Source of the DNA: an uncultured Ruficoccus sp.
GTDB lineage: Bacteria > Verrucomicrobiota > Verrucomicrobiia > Opitutales > Cerasicoccaceae
Length of the DNA stretch: 64,000 bases
Reading direction: 5' to 3'
Assembly: GCA_965140785.1 (NCBI GenBank)
Contig: OZ223505.1
Location: forward strand, 1-64,000
Shown: one piece after another, positions 41,246 through 51,140 of the stretch
How the letters are laid out: each line of letters opens with the position of its first letter
Position numbering within the stretch: position 1 is the first letter of the stretch
The notes under the pieces: model-generated
The model's database searches: none
What the model was told of the DNA's origin: nothing
The model's input: the letters and a program-made list of their open reading frames with translations, nothing else
Made by a program: the position numbers and the translations under genes

Positions 41246-42712
41246 TCAGACCTTGCCGGATTTACGCCACCGGTAGAGCGTGGTCGGGTGGACGCCGAGT
41301 TGGGCAGCGGTCCAGGCCAGGTCTCCGTCGGACTGCTCCAGCAACTGCTTGGCCAGCTCGTAGCGCTCGCGCTTGTTCGGCATGGGCGAACGGGAGCGGG
41401 AATAATCTCCGCCTCCGAAAGGCGAACCGCTGCCTCCGCCAAAAGGAGTCTGGGTACCGCGACGAGGGGAGGTGGCGCCGCCCTGGGGCACGAAGGGAAC
41501 CCGCGTCGCCCCCGCCGGAAACGGCGCGGGGCTGTGGCGGCGCTTGAAGCCGCCGGGCAGGACCGTGGTGTACGGGTCGGTTTTTTCCGGCGGCTCCCAC
41601 CAGGCCGCTCGCATGACCGGGCCGGTGTAGTGGATGGCGAGGCGGTCGATGACCTGCTTCAGCTCGCGCACGTTGCCCGGCCAGTCGTAGAGCTGGAAGC
41701 GGTAGATGAGCTCGGGCTCCATCGTCTCGAAGTTTTTGCCCAGGCGGATGGCTGCGGTGTCGAGCAGTGAACGGGCCAGCTCGGGGATGTCCCCGGAGTG
41801 GTGCCGCAGCGGGGGCGTGTTTAAAATCACCTCCGAGACGCGGTAGTAAAGGTCGAGCCGGAAGCGCCCGGCCTCGGCGTCGGCACGCAGGTCGCGGTTG
41901 GTGGCGGAGACGACGCGCAGGTTGCAGCGGTATTCCTTGGTGCTGCCGACGCGGCGGGCCTGGCGCGTCTCCAGGAAGCGCAGCAGCTTGGGCTGGAGCG
42001 AGATGTCCATCTCGCCGATTTCGTCGAGAAAAAGCGTGCCGCCGGAGGCTTCCTCGACCAGGCCGGGCTTGTCCGCGCCGGCCCCGGTGAAGGCGCCTTT
42101 TTGCACACCGAACAGCTCGCTCTCCATCAGGTCCGGGGGGATGGCCGCACAGTTGACCGCGACGAATTTGTCCTTGCCGGAGGCGTCGTGCAGGCACTCG
42201 GCGACGAGTTCCTTACCGGTGCCGGACTCGCCCATGACGAGCACGCTGGCGTCGGTCGGGCCGATGCGCTGGATGGACTCGCGCAGGGCCTTCATGGCGC
42301 TGGACTGGCCGATCAGCTTCTCGTCCTGGCTCTGACCGAGGCCGCCATAGAGCTGCCACCAGAGGGCCTGGGACTTGGCCGCGGCCTCGATAGCGTCGTT
42401 CCAGCGCGAGTCGGAGTCCTTCTCGTCGAGCACGTCGTAGGCTCCGTCGCGGGCGGCGTTCATGACACTGAGCGTGTCCATCTCCTGCCCATAAACCAGG
42501 TAGTAGCGGCTGGCCCGGGCGAGGATGACCCGTTGCTCGCTCCAGGCGTCCTGCTCCGAGGCGCTCCAGGGGATCAGGTACACCAGGTCGGTTGAATTCG
42601 GGTCGAGGGTCTGGACCCGCTCGGGGCTCTCCGCGCGCACCCCGTGCCCCAGCAGTTGCAGCCGCTTGAGGAGGGACGGGTTTTTTTCACGCGTGAGCAG
42701 GCACACCTTCAT
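41246..42712 (-). CDS. Sigma-54-dependent transcriptional activator with pseudo-receiver N-terminus
   Basis: GESGTGKE, ESELFG, GAFTGA, LFLDEIG, WPGNVREL and a Fis-type HTH. Confidence 0.92.
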   Translation of the reverse strand: MKVCLLTREKNPSLLKRLQLLGHGVRAESPERVQTLDPNSTDLVYLIPWSASEQDAWSEQRVILARASRYYLVYGQEMDTLSVMNAARDGAYDVLDEKDSDSRWNDAIEAAAKSQALWWQLYGGLGQSQDEKLIGQSSAMKALRESIQRIGPTDASVLVMGESGTGKELVAECLHDASGKDKFVAVNCAAIPPDLMESELFGVQKGAFTGAGADKPGLVEEASGGTLFLDEIGEMDISLQPKLLRFLETRQARRVGSTKEYRCNLRVVSATNRDLRADAEAGRFRLDLYYRVSEVILNTPPLRHHSGDIPELARSLLDTAAIRLGKNFETMEPELIYRFQLYDWPGNVRELKQVIDRLAIHYTGPVMRAAWWEPPEKTDPYTTVLPGGFKRRHSPAPFPAGATRVPFVPQGGATSPRRGTQTPFGGGSGSPFGGGDYSRSRSPMPNKRERYELAKQLLEQSDGDLAWTAAQLGVHPTTLYRWRKSGKV

Positions 42713-42920
42713 TAGTACGCCTACGCTAGCCTGCAATGTCTGCGCTTTGCAAATGCAATCTGTCCGCGCACCACGCCCCCTATGACGGTCCGCCCCTGCC
42801 ACTCCTAACGGTGCGAACCTGCGGGAGAAAATGCGTCCCGGCGTTGACGCGGTAAAACTTTGGCTGTCTAGTAGTCTCTCAAATCCTTCAAAAACAACTG
42901 TTAATCTCACAGAACCAACC

Positions 42921-43553
<633 letters not shown>

Positions 43554-43584
43554 GCCGGACAATCTCGTCCCACGTTTTTAAAAC

Positions 43585-43617
43585 AAAAGCCGCCCCCGGA
43601 AAGGGGCGGCTTTTTTA
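43585..43617. terminator. Bidirectional intrinsic terminator
   Basis: aaaagccgcccc-cggaaa-ggggcggctttttt between convergent genes. Confidence 0.85.
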
Positions 43618-43668
43618 GTCGTTACAAAATATCGGTGACAGCCAGTAGGTGCCGGCTGCGCTTTTCAG

Positions 43669-44502
43669 CTAACGGGCCCGCTTGCGGCGCAGCCATGCCA
43701 CGATGAGAACCAGGCCTCCCAGGATACCGGCATAGGTCGAGGGCTCGGGTACGACCACTTGGACGCCGTTGAGAACCGAGCGTAGGTATTCTCCGGTGCC
43801 GCTTTCTGTTGCGTGGACCGTCAGGGTAAAGGAGGAACCGGTCACCCCGCTGAAAATGTAAATGTTGCCCTCGGTGTTATTCTCCGGATAGATCGGCCAG
43901 GTCCCACCGGAGCCGCCGGGCGAAGCAACCTGGAACAGGCCGTTGGGATTGTCGCCGGTGCCGCTGTTGAAATTCGTGTCTTCCGTGTCCCCAATGATGG
44001 CGCTCTCGCCTCCGATCGTGTAGGAGGCCAGCTTCCAGACATTATTATTAGCGCCGTCGGCATAGACAATCACTGAGTAGGGTTCGGTTGCGCTGAGACC
44101 GGAAAAGGTGACAGAGGCGTCCGTGGACTCGTTGCCCTCGATGTAGCCCTTCATCAGGGTGGTGGAGGCGGTGGAATTCGTGCCGCCCGTCACATTTGGC
44201 AGGCTGTAGGTGTTACTCGAGCTCCACGAGACGCTGACGCCGGAGGCGCTGCTGCCATTCGAGTAAAGCAGGCTGCTGCTGCTGCCCGAGGCATTGGAAA
44301 GATTATTCCAGTTGGATTGCTGAGTCGAGCCCAGTTCATTGCCCCCTTCGTTCCCCACGAGACCTGCCACGTCCGAAGAAGACATGGCCGCGCCGTCCTC
44401 GTTCGCACCGAAATTCACCCCCAGGTACATCACCCCGTAAGATGAGAGAGACCCGGCCAGGGCAAGCGAAGCAGAAAGAAGGATTATCCGAGCGTTCTTC
44501 AT
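43669..44502 (-). CDS. PEP-CTERM surface protein (Ser/Gly/Asn-rich)
   Basis: Signal peptide and C-terminal VPEPSTYAG+TM+RRKRAR. Confidence 0.88.
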   Translation of the reverse strand: MKNARIILLSASLALAGSLSSYGVMYLGVNFGANEDGAAMSSSDVAGLVGNEGGNELGSTQQSNWNNLSNASGSSSSLLYSNGSSASGVSVSWSSSNTYSLPNVTGGTNSTASTTLMKGYIEGNESTDASVTFSGLSATEPYSVIVYADGANNNVWKLASYTIGGESAIIGDTEDTNFNSGTGDNPNGLFQVASPGGSGGTWPIYPENNTEGNIYIFSGVTGSSFTLTVHATESGTGEYLRSVLNGVQVVVPEPSTYAGILGGLVLIVAWLRRKRAR

Positions 44503-44760
44503 AGATAGGGACAGGATAGGGACTCGTGCCCACGAATCAAACATATAATCCTTACGTAATTGTTAAAACTACGCTGTAAAGAACTGGTTCCCGTGGATGG
44601 ACATGCGGCTGAAGCGCGCAAAGCGTTCAGGCATCCTCCCGCCGGCCTGAGAGGCCGAACAAAGAGGATGCCCGAGACGACAGGTCGGGGTGCGCTCGTT
44701 CCCGCCCGCTCCTCCGGCGCAAACGAAAGACGGATCAAGCGGACGCGAGACTGGAAGCAC

Positions 44761-45765
44761 TCACCTGCGCCACTCGCTGGTGATGAGCACCTTGCCGTTG
44801 CGGCCACCGGCATTGGCGCGGGCGACGGCTTCGAGGGCTTGTTCAAAGGGATAGGTGCTGTCGATGGGCAGCTTGATCACGCCCCGGGCCATGAAGTCGT
44901 AGACCTCGGCCTGCATGGCGTCGAACTCGGCTTTGTCGTGGGTGCGGATCCAGCGGTCCATCCAGAAGCCGCACAGGCACACGTCGTTGAAGATCAGATT
45001 GCGGGTGGGGAAGCGGACCTTGTCCCCGACCATACCGCCGAAGGTGACGACCTTGCCGGAGTCGGCCAGGCAGCGGATGATGCGGATCACGCTCTCGCCG
45101 CCGATGGAGTTCAGGCCCAGACGCGGCTTGGCCCCGCCGGTGAGGGACTTGATGTCCTTGAAAAAGTCCGAGTCCTCGGCCACCACCACGTCCGCGCCCA
45201 TCTCCTTGAGGATCGGTTCCCAGGTGGCGGTGTCGCGCACGATGTTGATCGTCTTGAGCCCCATGTTCTGCGCGAGCTGGATGACGGAGATGCCCACGGC
45301 GGAGTTGGCGGCGTTCTGGATGATCCATTCGCCGGGCTTGAAGTCGATGTAGTCCCGCAGCAGCCGCAGGGCGGTCGGCGGGTTGACAAAGGCCTGCGCC
45401 GCCATCTGCACCGGCACGTCGGCGGGGATTTTAATGAGGTCGGCGGCGGGGGTGACCACGGCCTGCATCCAGCAGCCGGGCTCCTCGGGCATCTTGACCT
45501 GCTGGCCGGGCTTGAGATCCTGCACGCCTTCGCCGACGGCGAGGACTTCGCCCACGGCCTCGCGTCCGGCCACGGCGGGCAGGTCGCGCAGACGGCCGTA
45601 GGTGCCGCCGATCATTCCCATGTCGGAAGGGTGCAGGACGGCCGCGCGCAGGGCGACCAGGGCTTGACCGGGGCCGGGCTCGCCCACCGGCATCGGTTCG
45701 AGCTTCAGGACCTCTTCGGGTTTTCCGCGTTCGTGGTAACGGACTGCTTGTGGTTCAGTATTCAC
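44761..45765 (-). CDS. MDR-superfamily 2-enoyl thioester reductase (MECR-like)
   Basis: HPSD..MIGGTYG, VNPPTALRLL, IQNAANSAVG, VTFGGM and GFWM. GTG start assumed. Confidence 0.88.
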   Translation of the reverse strand: MNTEPQAVRYHERGKPEEVLKLEPMPVGEPGPGQALVALRAAVLHPSDMGMIGGTYGRLRDLPAVAGREAVGEVLAVGEGVQDLKPGQQVKMPEEPGCWMQAVVTPAADLIKIPADVPVQMAAQAFVNPPTALRLLRDYIDFKPGEWIIQNAANSAVGISVIQLAQNMGLKTINIVRDTATWEPILKEMGADVVVAEDSDFFKDIKSLTGGAKPRLGLNSIGGESVIRIIRCLADSGKVVTFGGMVGDKVRFPTRNLIFNDVCLCGFWMDRWIRTHDKAEFDAMQAEVYDFMARGVIKLPIDSTYPFEQALEAVARANAGGRNGKVLITSEWRR

Positions 45766-45902
45766 GAAAACAATTAACCACGATTCCGGCCCGTTCGCCA
45801 TAAAAATCCCTGATTCGTTTCGGATTTATAAGCGCCACGCGAGGGGCGGATAACTCCGTTAGGATAGGCCCCGGCGGAAGGTGTCGGTGCTTCGTAAATA
45901 TA

Positions 45903-45984
45903 TTTAACCACAGAGCGCACAGAGGATTTTTAGGGACTGAGGTTTATTCATTTCTCTGTGTGCTCTGTGTCCTCTGTGGTTAAA
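45903..45984. repeat. Periodic inverted-arm element D (CACAGAG variant)
   Basis: tttaaccacagagcgcacagag ... ctctgtgtgctctgtgtcctctgtggttaaa. Confidence 0.85.
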
Positions 45985-46114
45985 ACAATAAACGGCAGGG
46001 GGGTAAAAAGACATTTCCCTCCCTCGGCGTCGTAATCAATTCCCCATCCGCGGCTTGCTGTTTTTTGCGTTTGGCATCAATGGTTAACCCCACACTTTTC
46101 CTGAACAACCCATT

Positions 46115-48244
46115 ATGGACCATCCCTTTCTTCACGACAGCTTCATCATTCCCTGGCACGAGCTCACGACCGAGCACATCCAGCCCGACATCGAGCTGGC
46201 TCTGACCCGCGCCCAGGAGCGCATTGACGCCATTGCCGACACGCCGCTGGAGGCGGTGACGTTCGCCAACACCCTGCTCGCCCTCGAAAAGGCGACCGAG
46301 GGGTTGACCCGCGCCTGGGGCTGCGTCGGCCACCTTGACAGCGTGGACAACAGCCCCGCCCTGCGCGAGGCCTACAACGCCATGCTCCCGAAGGTCTCGG
46401 AGTTTTACACCCGTATCAGCCTGAACAAAAAACTCTGGCTGGTCATCAAGGCGTTCGCTGAGACCGCCGAGGCGAAGGCGCTGAGCGGCACCCGCAAGCG
46501 CTTGCTGGAGGAGACGCTGGAAGACTTCCGCCTGAGCGGGGCGGACCTGCCTGAAGAGAAAAAGAAAGTCCTCGAAGGCATCAACGCCGAGCTTTCGCGC
46601 CTGACGCAGAAGTACGGCGAGAACGTCCTCGACTCCACCAACGCCTGGGAACTGCTCGTCGAGGACGAGTCGCGCCTGGCCGGGCTTCCGCAGTCGGCCA
46701 AAGACGCCGCCCGCGAATCCGCCAAGTCCAAGGGTCACGGCTCGGACGAGCAGCCGGTCTGGCGCTTCACCCTGCACATGCCCTCCATGCTGCCGGTGAT
46801 GAAATACGCTGACGATGAGTCGCTGCGTAAGCAGGTCTGGGAGGGCTCCATCGGCATCGGGCAGAAAGAGCCGCATGACAACACGGACCTGATTTGGAAG
46901 ATTTTGGAAAAGCGGCAGGAGAAGGCCGAGCTGCTGGGCAAGGCACACTTCGCCGATCTCGTGCTGGAGCGCCGCATGGCCAAGGACGGGGCTGCCGCGC
47001 TCGCCTTCACCGAGGACCTGCACACGCGCATCAAGGACGCCTTCGCCGCCGAGGTGGCCGAGCTGGAAACGTTTAAGGCCGAGCAGACCGGCACCGAGCG
47101 CGACCACCTCCAGCCCTGGGAAGTCGCCTACTGGTCCGAAAAGCTGCGCAAGCACCGCTACGCCCTCGACGAGGAGGAGCTGCGCCCGTACTTCCCCATC
47201 AACCGCGTGGTCGAGGGGATGTACGAGCTGGTCGAGCGCATTTTCGGGGTAAAGATCGTCCAGCGGCCCACCCGCTACACCGACCCCGAGAGCGGCGAGG
47301 AGCAGACGTTCGACGAGGGCACGCCTTCGTCCGACCACGCCATCGCCGAGGTTTGGCACCCGGATGTGAAGTTCTACGACCTGCTCGACGGTGACGGCAC
47401 GCACCTGGGCTCCTTTTACGCCGACTGGTACCCGCGCGAGTCCAAGCGCGGCGGCGCCTGGATGAACTACCTGCGCACCGGCGGCCCCGTCCCCGGTGAC
47501 AAGCCCGAGCCGCACCTGGGCTTGATGTGCGGCAACCTCAACCCGCCCGTCGGCGGCAAGCCCGCCCTCATGAACCACCGCGACGTGGAGACGATTTTCC
47601 ACGAGTTCGGGCACCTGCTGCACCACCTGCTGGGCAAGGTGGACATCAAATCTCTCAACGGCGTCAACGTCGCCTGGGACTTCGTCGAGCTGCCCTCGCA
47701 GATCATGGAAAACTGGTGCTGGGAAAAGGACGCGCTCGACCTCTTCGCCAAGCACGTGGAGACCGGCGAACGCCTGCCCGCCGAACTGCTCGACAAGATG
47801 CTCGCGGCCCGCAACTTCGAGCAGGCCACCGCCACCATGCGCCAGCTCTCCTTCGGCAAGATGGACCTGGACCTGCACATCGGGATCAAATCCCACGAAG
47901 GCCGCGACCTCGACGCCTGGATCGACGAGTCGCTCGCCGACTACCGCGCCCCGCTCAAGACGAAGACCCCCGCCATCGCGCGGCGCTTCACGCACCTGTT
48001 TTCCGACCCCACCGGCTACGCCGCCGGGTACTACTCCTACAAGTGGGCCGAGGTGCTCGACGCCGACGCCTTCACCCGCTTCCAGCAGGAGGGCGTACTC
48101 AACCCGGCCACCGGCAAGGACTTCCGCGAAAAGATTCTGCAAAAGGGCAACTCCGAGCCGCCCGCAAAGCTCTTCCACGACTTCATGGGCCGCGACCCGG
48201 ACCTCAACTCCCTGTTGCTACGTGCCGGACTACAGCCGGCGTAA
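46115..48244 (+). CDS. prlC: M3 family oligopeptidase A
   Basis: KRGGAWM, FHEFGH, WDFVELPSQIMENW and YAAGYYSYKWAEVL. Confidence 0.92.
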   Translation: MDHPFLHDSFIIPWHELTTEHIQPDIELALTRAQERIDAIADTPLEAVTFANTLLALEKATEGLTRAWGCVGHLDSVDNSPALREAYNAMLPKVSEFYTRISLNKKLWLVIKAFAETAEAKALSGTRKRLLEETLEDFRLSGADLPEEKKKVLEGINAELSRLTQKYGENVLDSTNAWELLVEDESRLAGLPQSAKDAARESAKSKGHGSDEQPVWRFTLHMPSMLPVMKYADDESLRKQVWEGSIGIGQKEPHDNTDLIWKILEKRQEKAELLGKAHFADLVLERRMAKDGAAALAFTEDLHTRIKDAFAAEVAELETFKAEQTGTERDHLQPWEVAYWSEKLRKHRYALDEEELRPYFPINRVVEGMYELVERIFGVKIVQRPTRYTDPESGEEQTFDEGTPSSDHAIAEVWHPDVKFYDLLDGDGTHLGSFYADWYPRESKRGGAWMNYLRTGGPVPGDKPEPHLGLMCGNLNPPVGGKPALMNHRDVETIFHEFGHLLHHLLGKVDIKSLNGVNVAWDFVELPSQIMENWCWEKDALDLFAKHVETGERLPAELLDKMLAARNFEQATATMRQLSFGKMDLDLHIGIKSHEGRDLDAWIDESLADYRAPLKTKTPAIARRFTHLFSDPTGYAAGYYSYKWAEVLDADAFTRFQQEGVLNPATGKDFREKILQKGNSEPPAKLFHDFMGRDPDLNSLLLRAGLQPA

Positions 48245-48330
48245 GGTGGGACGGCGTTTTACACCAATTGAGAAGATGGATTTATAGTGAGTCGCAATCC
48301 ATCAAATAGATCAGAAACAGTTCAAACGTT

Positions 48331-48639
48331 CTATGCATTCTGCTCTAACCACAGCTCTTCCCATGTCTCAACCCATGATGGTGGCGTGCTGGACCAGACA
48401 TCGCACACATCATACTTATACTCTCCATCATCATTACGATCAATCAGAGCTTTAGCGTATGCCTCAATGTCATCGCGGTCAAAATAACGAGAAATAATTA
48501 CGGCTATTTTGTCTCCATATCCAATACCTAAATCTTGATAAGCACTTTTTAGAGCGTCATCTAAAGATGGTGCCCTTTCGATTGGAATGCAATCATCACC
48601 TCTGCGACAAATCAGATAATTATATTCTTCGTGATTCAT
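48331..48639 (-). CDS. Small acidic hypothetical protein in an AT-rich islet
   Basis: Open ~102-aa frame in AT-rich DNA, where long ORFs are unlikely by chance. Start uncertain. Confidence 0.55.
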   Translation of the reverse strand: MNHEEYNYLICRRGDDCIPIERAPSLDDALKSAYQDLGIGYGDKIAVIISRYFDRDDIEAYAKALIDRNDDGEYKYDVCDVWSSTPPSWVETWEELWLEQNA

Positions 48640-48896
48640 ATTTATAGACATAGTTAAAATCAATAAATCCTATATATTGACATGATTAATAATATTATTT
48701 CGTCAATCCTGAATGTTGTTCATTGAATTAAGCCTTATCGATGAGTCGCCTTATACGCAGCGCTCCGGGTCGGTTTTGGGGAACCTTTGCCTACGGGGCC
48801 TGTTCTATGCCGCGTGGAGACAAGGCGTACGGCCCCGCATAACCGACGGCGTTTCCTTGAAAACCCGCAGGAACTGAATTTGCTAAAGAGATAACC

Positions 48897-49637
48897 ATGA
48901 ATACCATCCTCTCACTTTCCCTTTTCCCCTCGCTCGGCTTCATCATCCCGATGGGGGGCGGCTGGGGCCTGTGGCTCGTGCTCATCGTGCCGACGATCAT
49001 TCTCGGCATCTGGGCCCAGCACCGGGTCACGAGCACCTATCGCAAGTACAGCCAGGTGCCCTCGCGCGGACGCATCTCCGGGGCGGAGGCGGCCTCCGCC
49101 GTCATGCGCAAGGCCGGGATCACCGATGTTGAAATCGTCGAAATCGGCGGGCACTTGACCGACCACTACGACCCGGTCAACAAGCGTCTCGCGCTCAGCA
49201 GCGCGAACTACCGGGGCACCAGCCTGGCCGCGCTCGGTGTCTCCGCCCACGAGGCCGGGCACGCCATCCAGCACAAGGTCGGCTACAAGGCGCTCAACCT
49301 GCGCATGGCCCTGATCCCGGTCACGAGCTTCGCCTCGCAGATCCTGCCCATCGTGCTGATCGCGAGCTTCTTCCTGCCCCTGCTGGGGGTGATGGGGATC
49401 AAGATCGCGGTGGTGTGTTACCTGATCCTGACGGTTTTCCAGCTCATCACGCTGCCGGTGGAGTTCGACGCCAGCGCCCGCGCCCGTAAGGAGCTGGTCG
49501 GCATCGGCATCATCGACCAGGACGAGTCCATCGGCGTCGTGCGCACGCTCAATGCCGCGGGCTGGACCTACGTGGCCGCCTTCATCAGCTCGCTGGCCAA
49601 CCTGATCTTTCTCTTCCTGCTCTCGCGCGACCGGTAA
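48897..49637 (+). CDS. Membrane zinc metallopeptidase (YugP/Zn_peptidase_2 family)
   Basis: LTDHYDP, AHEAGHAIQH, TLPVEFDASARA and LNAAGWTYVA. Confidence 0.92.
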   Translation: MNTILSLSLFPSLGFIIPMGGGWGLWLVLIVPTIILGIWAQHRVTSTYRKYSQVPSRGRISGAEAASAVMRKAGITDVEIVEIGGHLTDHYDPVNKRLALSSANYRGTSLAALGVSAHEAGHAIQHKVGYKALNLRMALIPVTSFASQILPIVLIASFFLPLLGVMGIKIAVVCYLILTVFQLITLPVEFDASARARKELVGIGIIDQDESIGVVRTLNAAGWTYVAAFISSLANLIFLFLLSRDR

Positions 49638-49659
49638 AGCCGTCGCTGGGCGGGATGCT

Positions 49660-49824
49660 AGGGCCTGTTCAGGTAAACGCTCAAAGCGGCATAAAATGGG
49701 TCTTTTCGCTCTGGAATCGACGTTTTTCGACTCGATGAATCTTGATTCACCTCGTCTCAAAACCTCAATTCAGCCTCGAAAATCCCTCATTTTTCCATCT
49801 TTTCCGTTTACCTGAACAGGCCCT
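49660..49824. mobile_element. MITE-like element, 165 bp
   Basis: 20-bp perfect terminal inverted repeats agggcctgttcaggtaaacg / cgtttacctgaacaggccct; imperfectly palindromic interior; no ORF. Confidence 0.8.
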
Positions 49825-49842
49825 GGATCATCCGCTTTTTCC

Positions 49843-49879
49843 AAACCGGACTTCCGCCCGAAGTCCGGTTTTTTGTTTT
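49843..49879 (+). terminator. Intrinsic terminator
   Basis: aaaccggacttc-cgccc-gaagtccggttt plus T run. Confidence 0.85.
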
Positions 49880-49968
49880 CGGTTTTCCCGTTCCGACGCA
49901 GATTCTTATTCTGCGTGAATTACCCGCCTTTTCTTGACTAACTAATAAATCCCGGCAGCTTGGCTAAT

Positions 49969-50361
49969 ATGCTGCGACTCTCCGGCTGCTGCCTGCTTTT
50001 GCTGGCCCTGCTCTCCGCTCTCAATGTTCATTGGGCGGTCCTGCAGGGCGTGGCCTGGGCGAGCATGCTGAGCAAGGAGCAGCAGCGCGCGGCCACTTAC
50101 CGCGAAGCGATTGAGCGGACCTTCGGCGGGGAGTATCCCTGCGAAATCTGCGGACTGATTGATCAGAACCTCCTCAAGGAGCCCGCGCCGCTCAAGGCCG
50201 CCCGTCAGGCCGAATACCTCAGCGTAAAGCTGATCCTGCCCCGGGCCGAGAAGATCGTTCCCGTCCCGGCCAGCCAGCGCATGGCGCTGATCCCGGCCCC
50301 GGATACACGGGCGGCTGTGTTGCCGTCCCTGCCGGAGACGCCGCCCCCACGGCTCAGTTAA
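49969..50361 (+). CDS. Small exported/membrane protein with CxxC and C-terminal polyproline (DUF2946-like architecture)
   Basis: Hydrophobic N-terminus, 'HWAVLQGVAW', 'YPCEIC' and C-terminal 'PETPPPRLS'. Confidence 0.7.
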   Translation: MLRLSGCCLLLLALLSALNVHWAVLQGVAWASMLSKEQQRAATYREAIERTFGGEYPCEICGLIDQNLLKEPAPLKAARQAEYLSVKLILPRAEKIVPVPASQRMALIPAPDTRAAVLPSLPETPPPRLS

Positions 50362-50462
50362 AGCGTCTCTCTCTTTCTTTTCCTATCCCGTGCGCTGAGG
50401 CAAAAAATGCTTCAGGGCTGCCCGGGTCTTCTCTGTTTACAGACTTATAACTTTCACGACAA

Positions 50463-51140
50463 ATGTATCATAAAATATTTTTATTCTCCCTGGGCTCTCT
50501 CTGCGCCCTCACCTCGCAGGCTGCGGAGCTGAACAGCGTCGGCCAGATGATGCCGATGATTCATATCAACATCGATTTCAACAGCTTCAACGACGAGCTG
50601 AGCGTCCACGTGGACAGCGGCGTGCCGCAAATGCAGCCGCTCAGCGTCGCCTCGCCGGGCGACTCCTTCAACCCGGCCGCCCCGTGGTACACCACGCTTG
50701 ATCCCAGCCAGGAGGGACTGGCCTGGACGCGGCGCTACGGCTTCGTCGCCACGAATGACCCGGCTCCGGAAGGATTGAGCTTCTGGGTCGATCTCGACGT
50801 AACCACGATGGGGCTGGAGGCTTACTTCACCCGGACTGAGCCGGACATGTTCACGCCTATCTTCGGCACGGACGGCTCCAGTACCTTGTGGGAGTTTCCC
50901 AATACCATGATCCACCCGGTTTTCGCGGGCGATCCGACCGTGGCCAGCTATGTGCTGACCGGCACGATCTATGTGGGCGACAGCGAAGGCGTGGCTGCAG
51001 CCGGGTACAACAGCGCGGCGTTTACGCTTAACTTCACCTCGGTGCCCGAGCCGGGCGTCTATGCGCTGGCGGTGGGCCTGCTCGCGCTGGTGCCGCTGCT
51101 GGTCCGCTGCCGGAAAGGGAAGGCGGGCGCGCGTGCTTAA
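50463..51140 (+). CDS. PEP-CTERM protein with Met/His motifs
   Basis: Signal peptide, 'QMMPMIHI', 'TMIHP' and VPEP+TM+basic tail. Confidence 0.85.
   Translation: MYHKIFLFSLGSLCALTSQAAELNSVGQMMPMIHINIDFNSFNDELSVHVDSGVPQMQPLSVASPGDSFNPAAPWYTTLDPSQEGLAWTRRYGFVATNDPAPEGLSFWVDLDVTTMGLEAYFTRTEPDMFTPIFGTDGSSTLWEFPNTMIHPVFAGDPTVASYVLTGTIYVGDSEGVAAAGYNSAAFTLNFTSVPEPGVYALAVGLLALVPLLVRCRKGKAGARA

Noticed and set aside
48869..48884. Second GG-N10-GC motif (AGGAACTGAATTTGCT) before the zinc peptidase
   Set aside because: Poor -24 element, and it would leave almost no leader; too weak to call.
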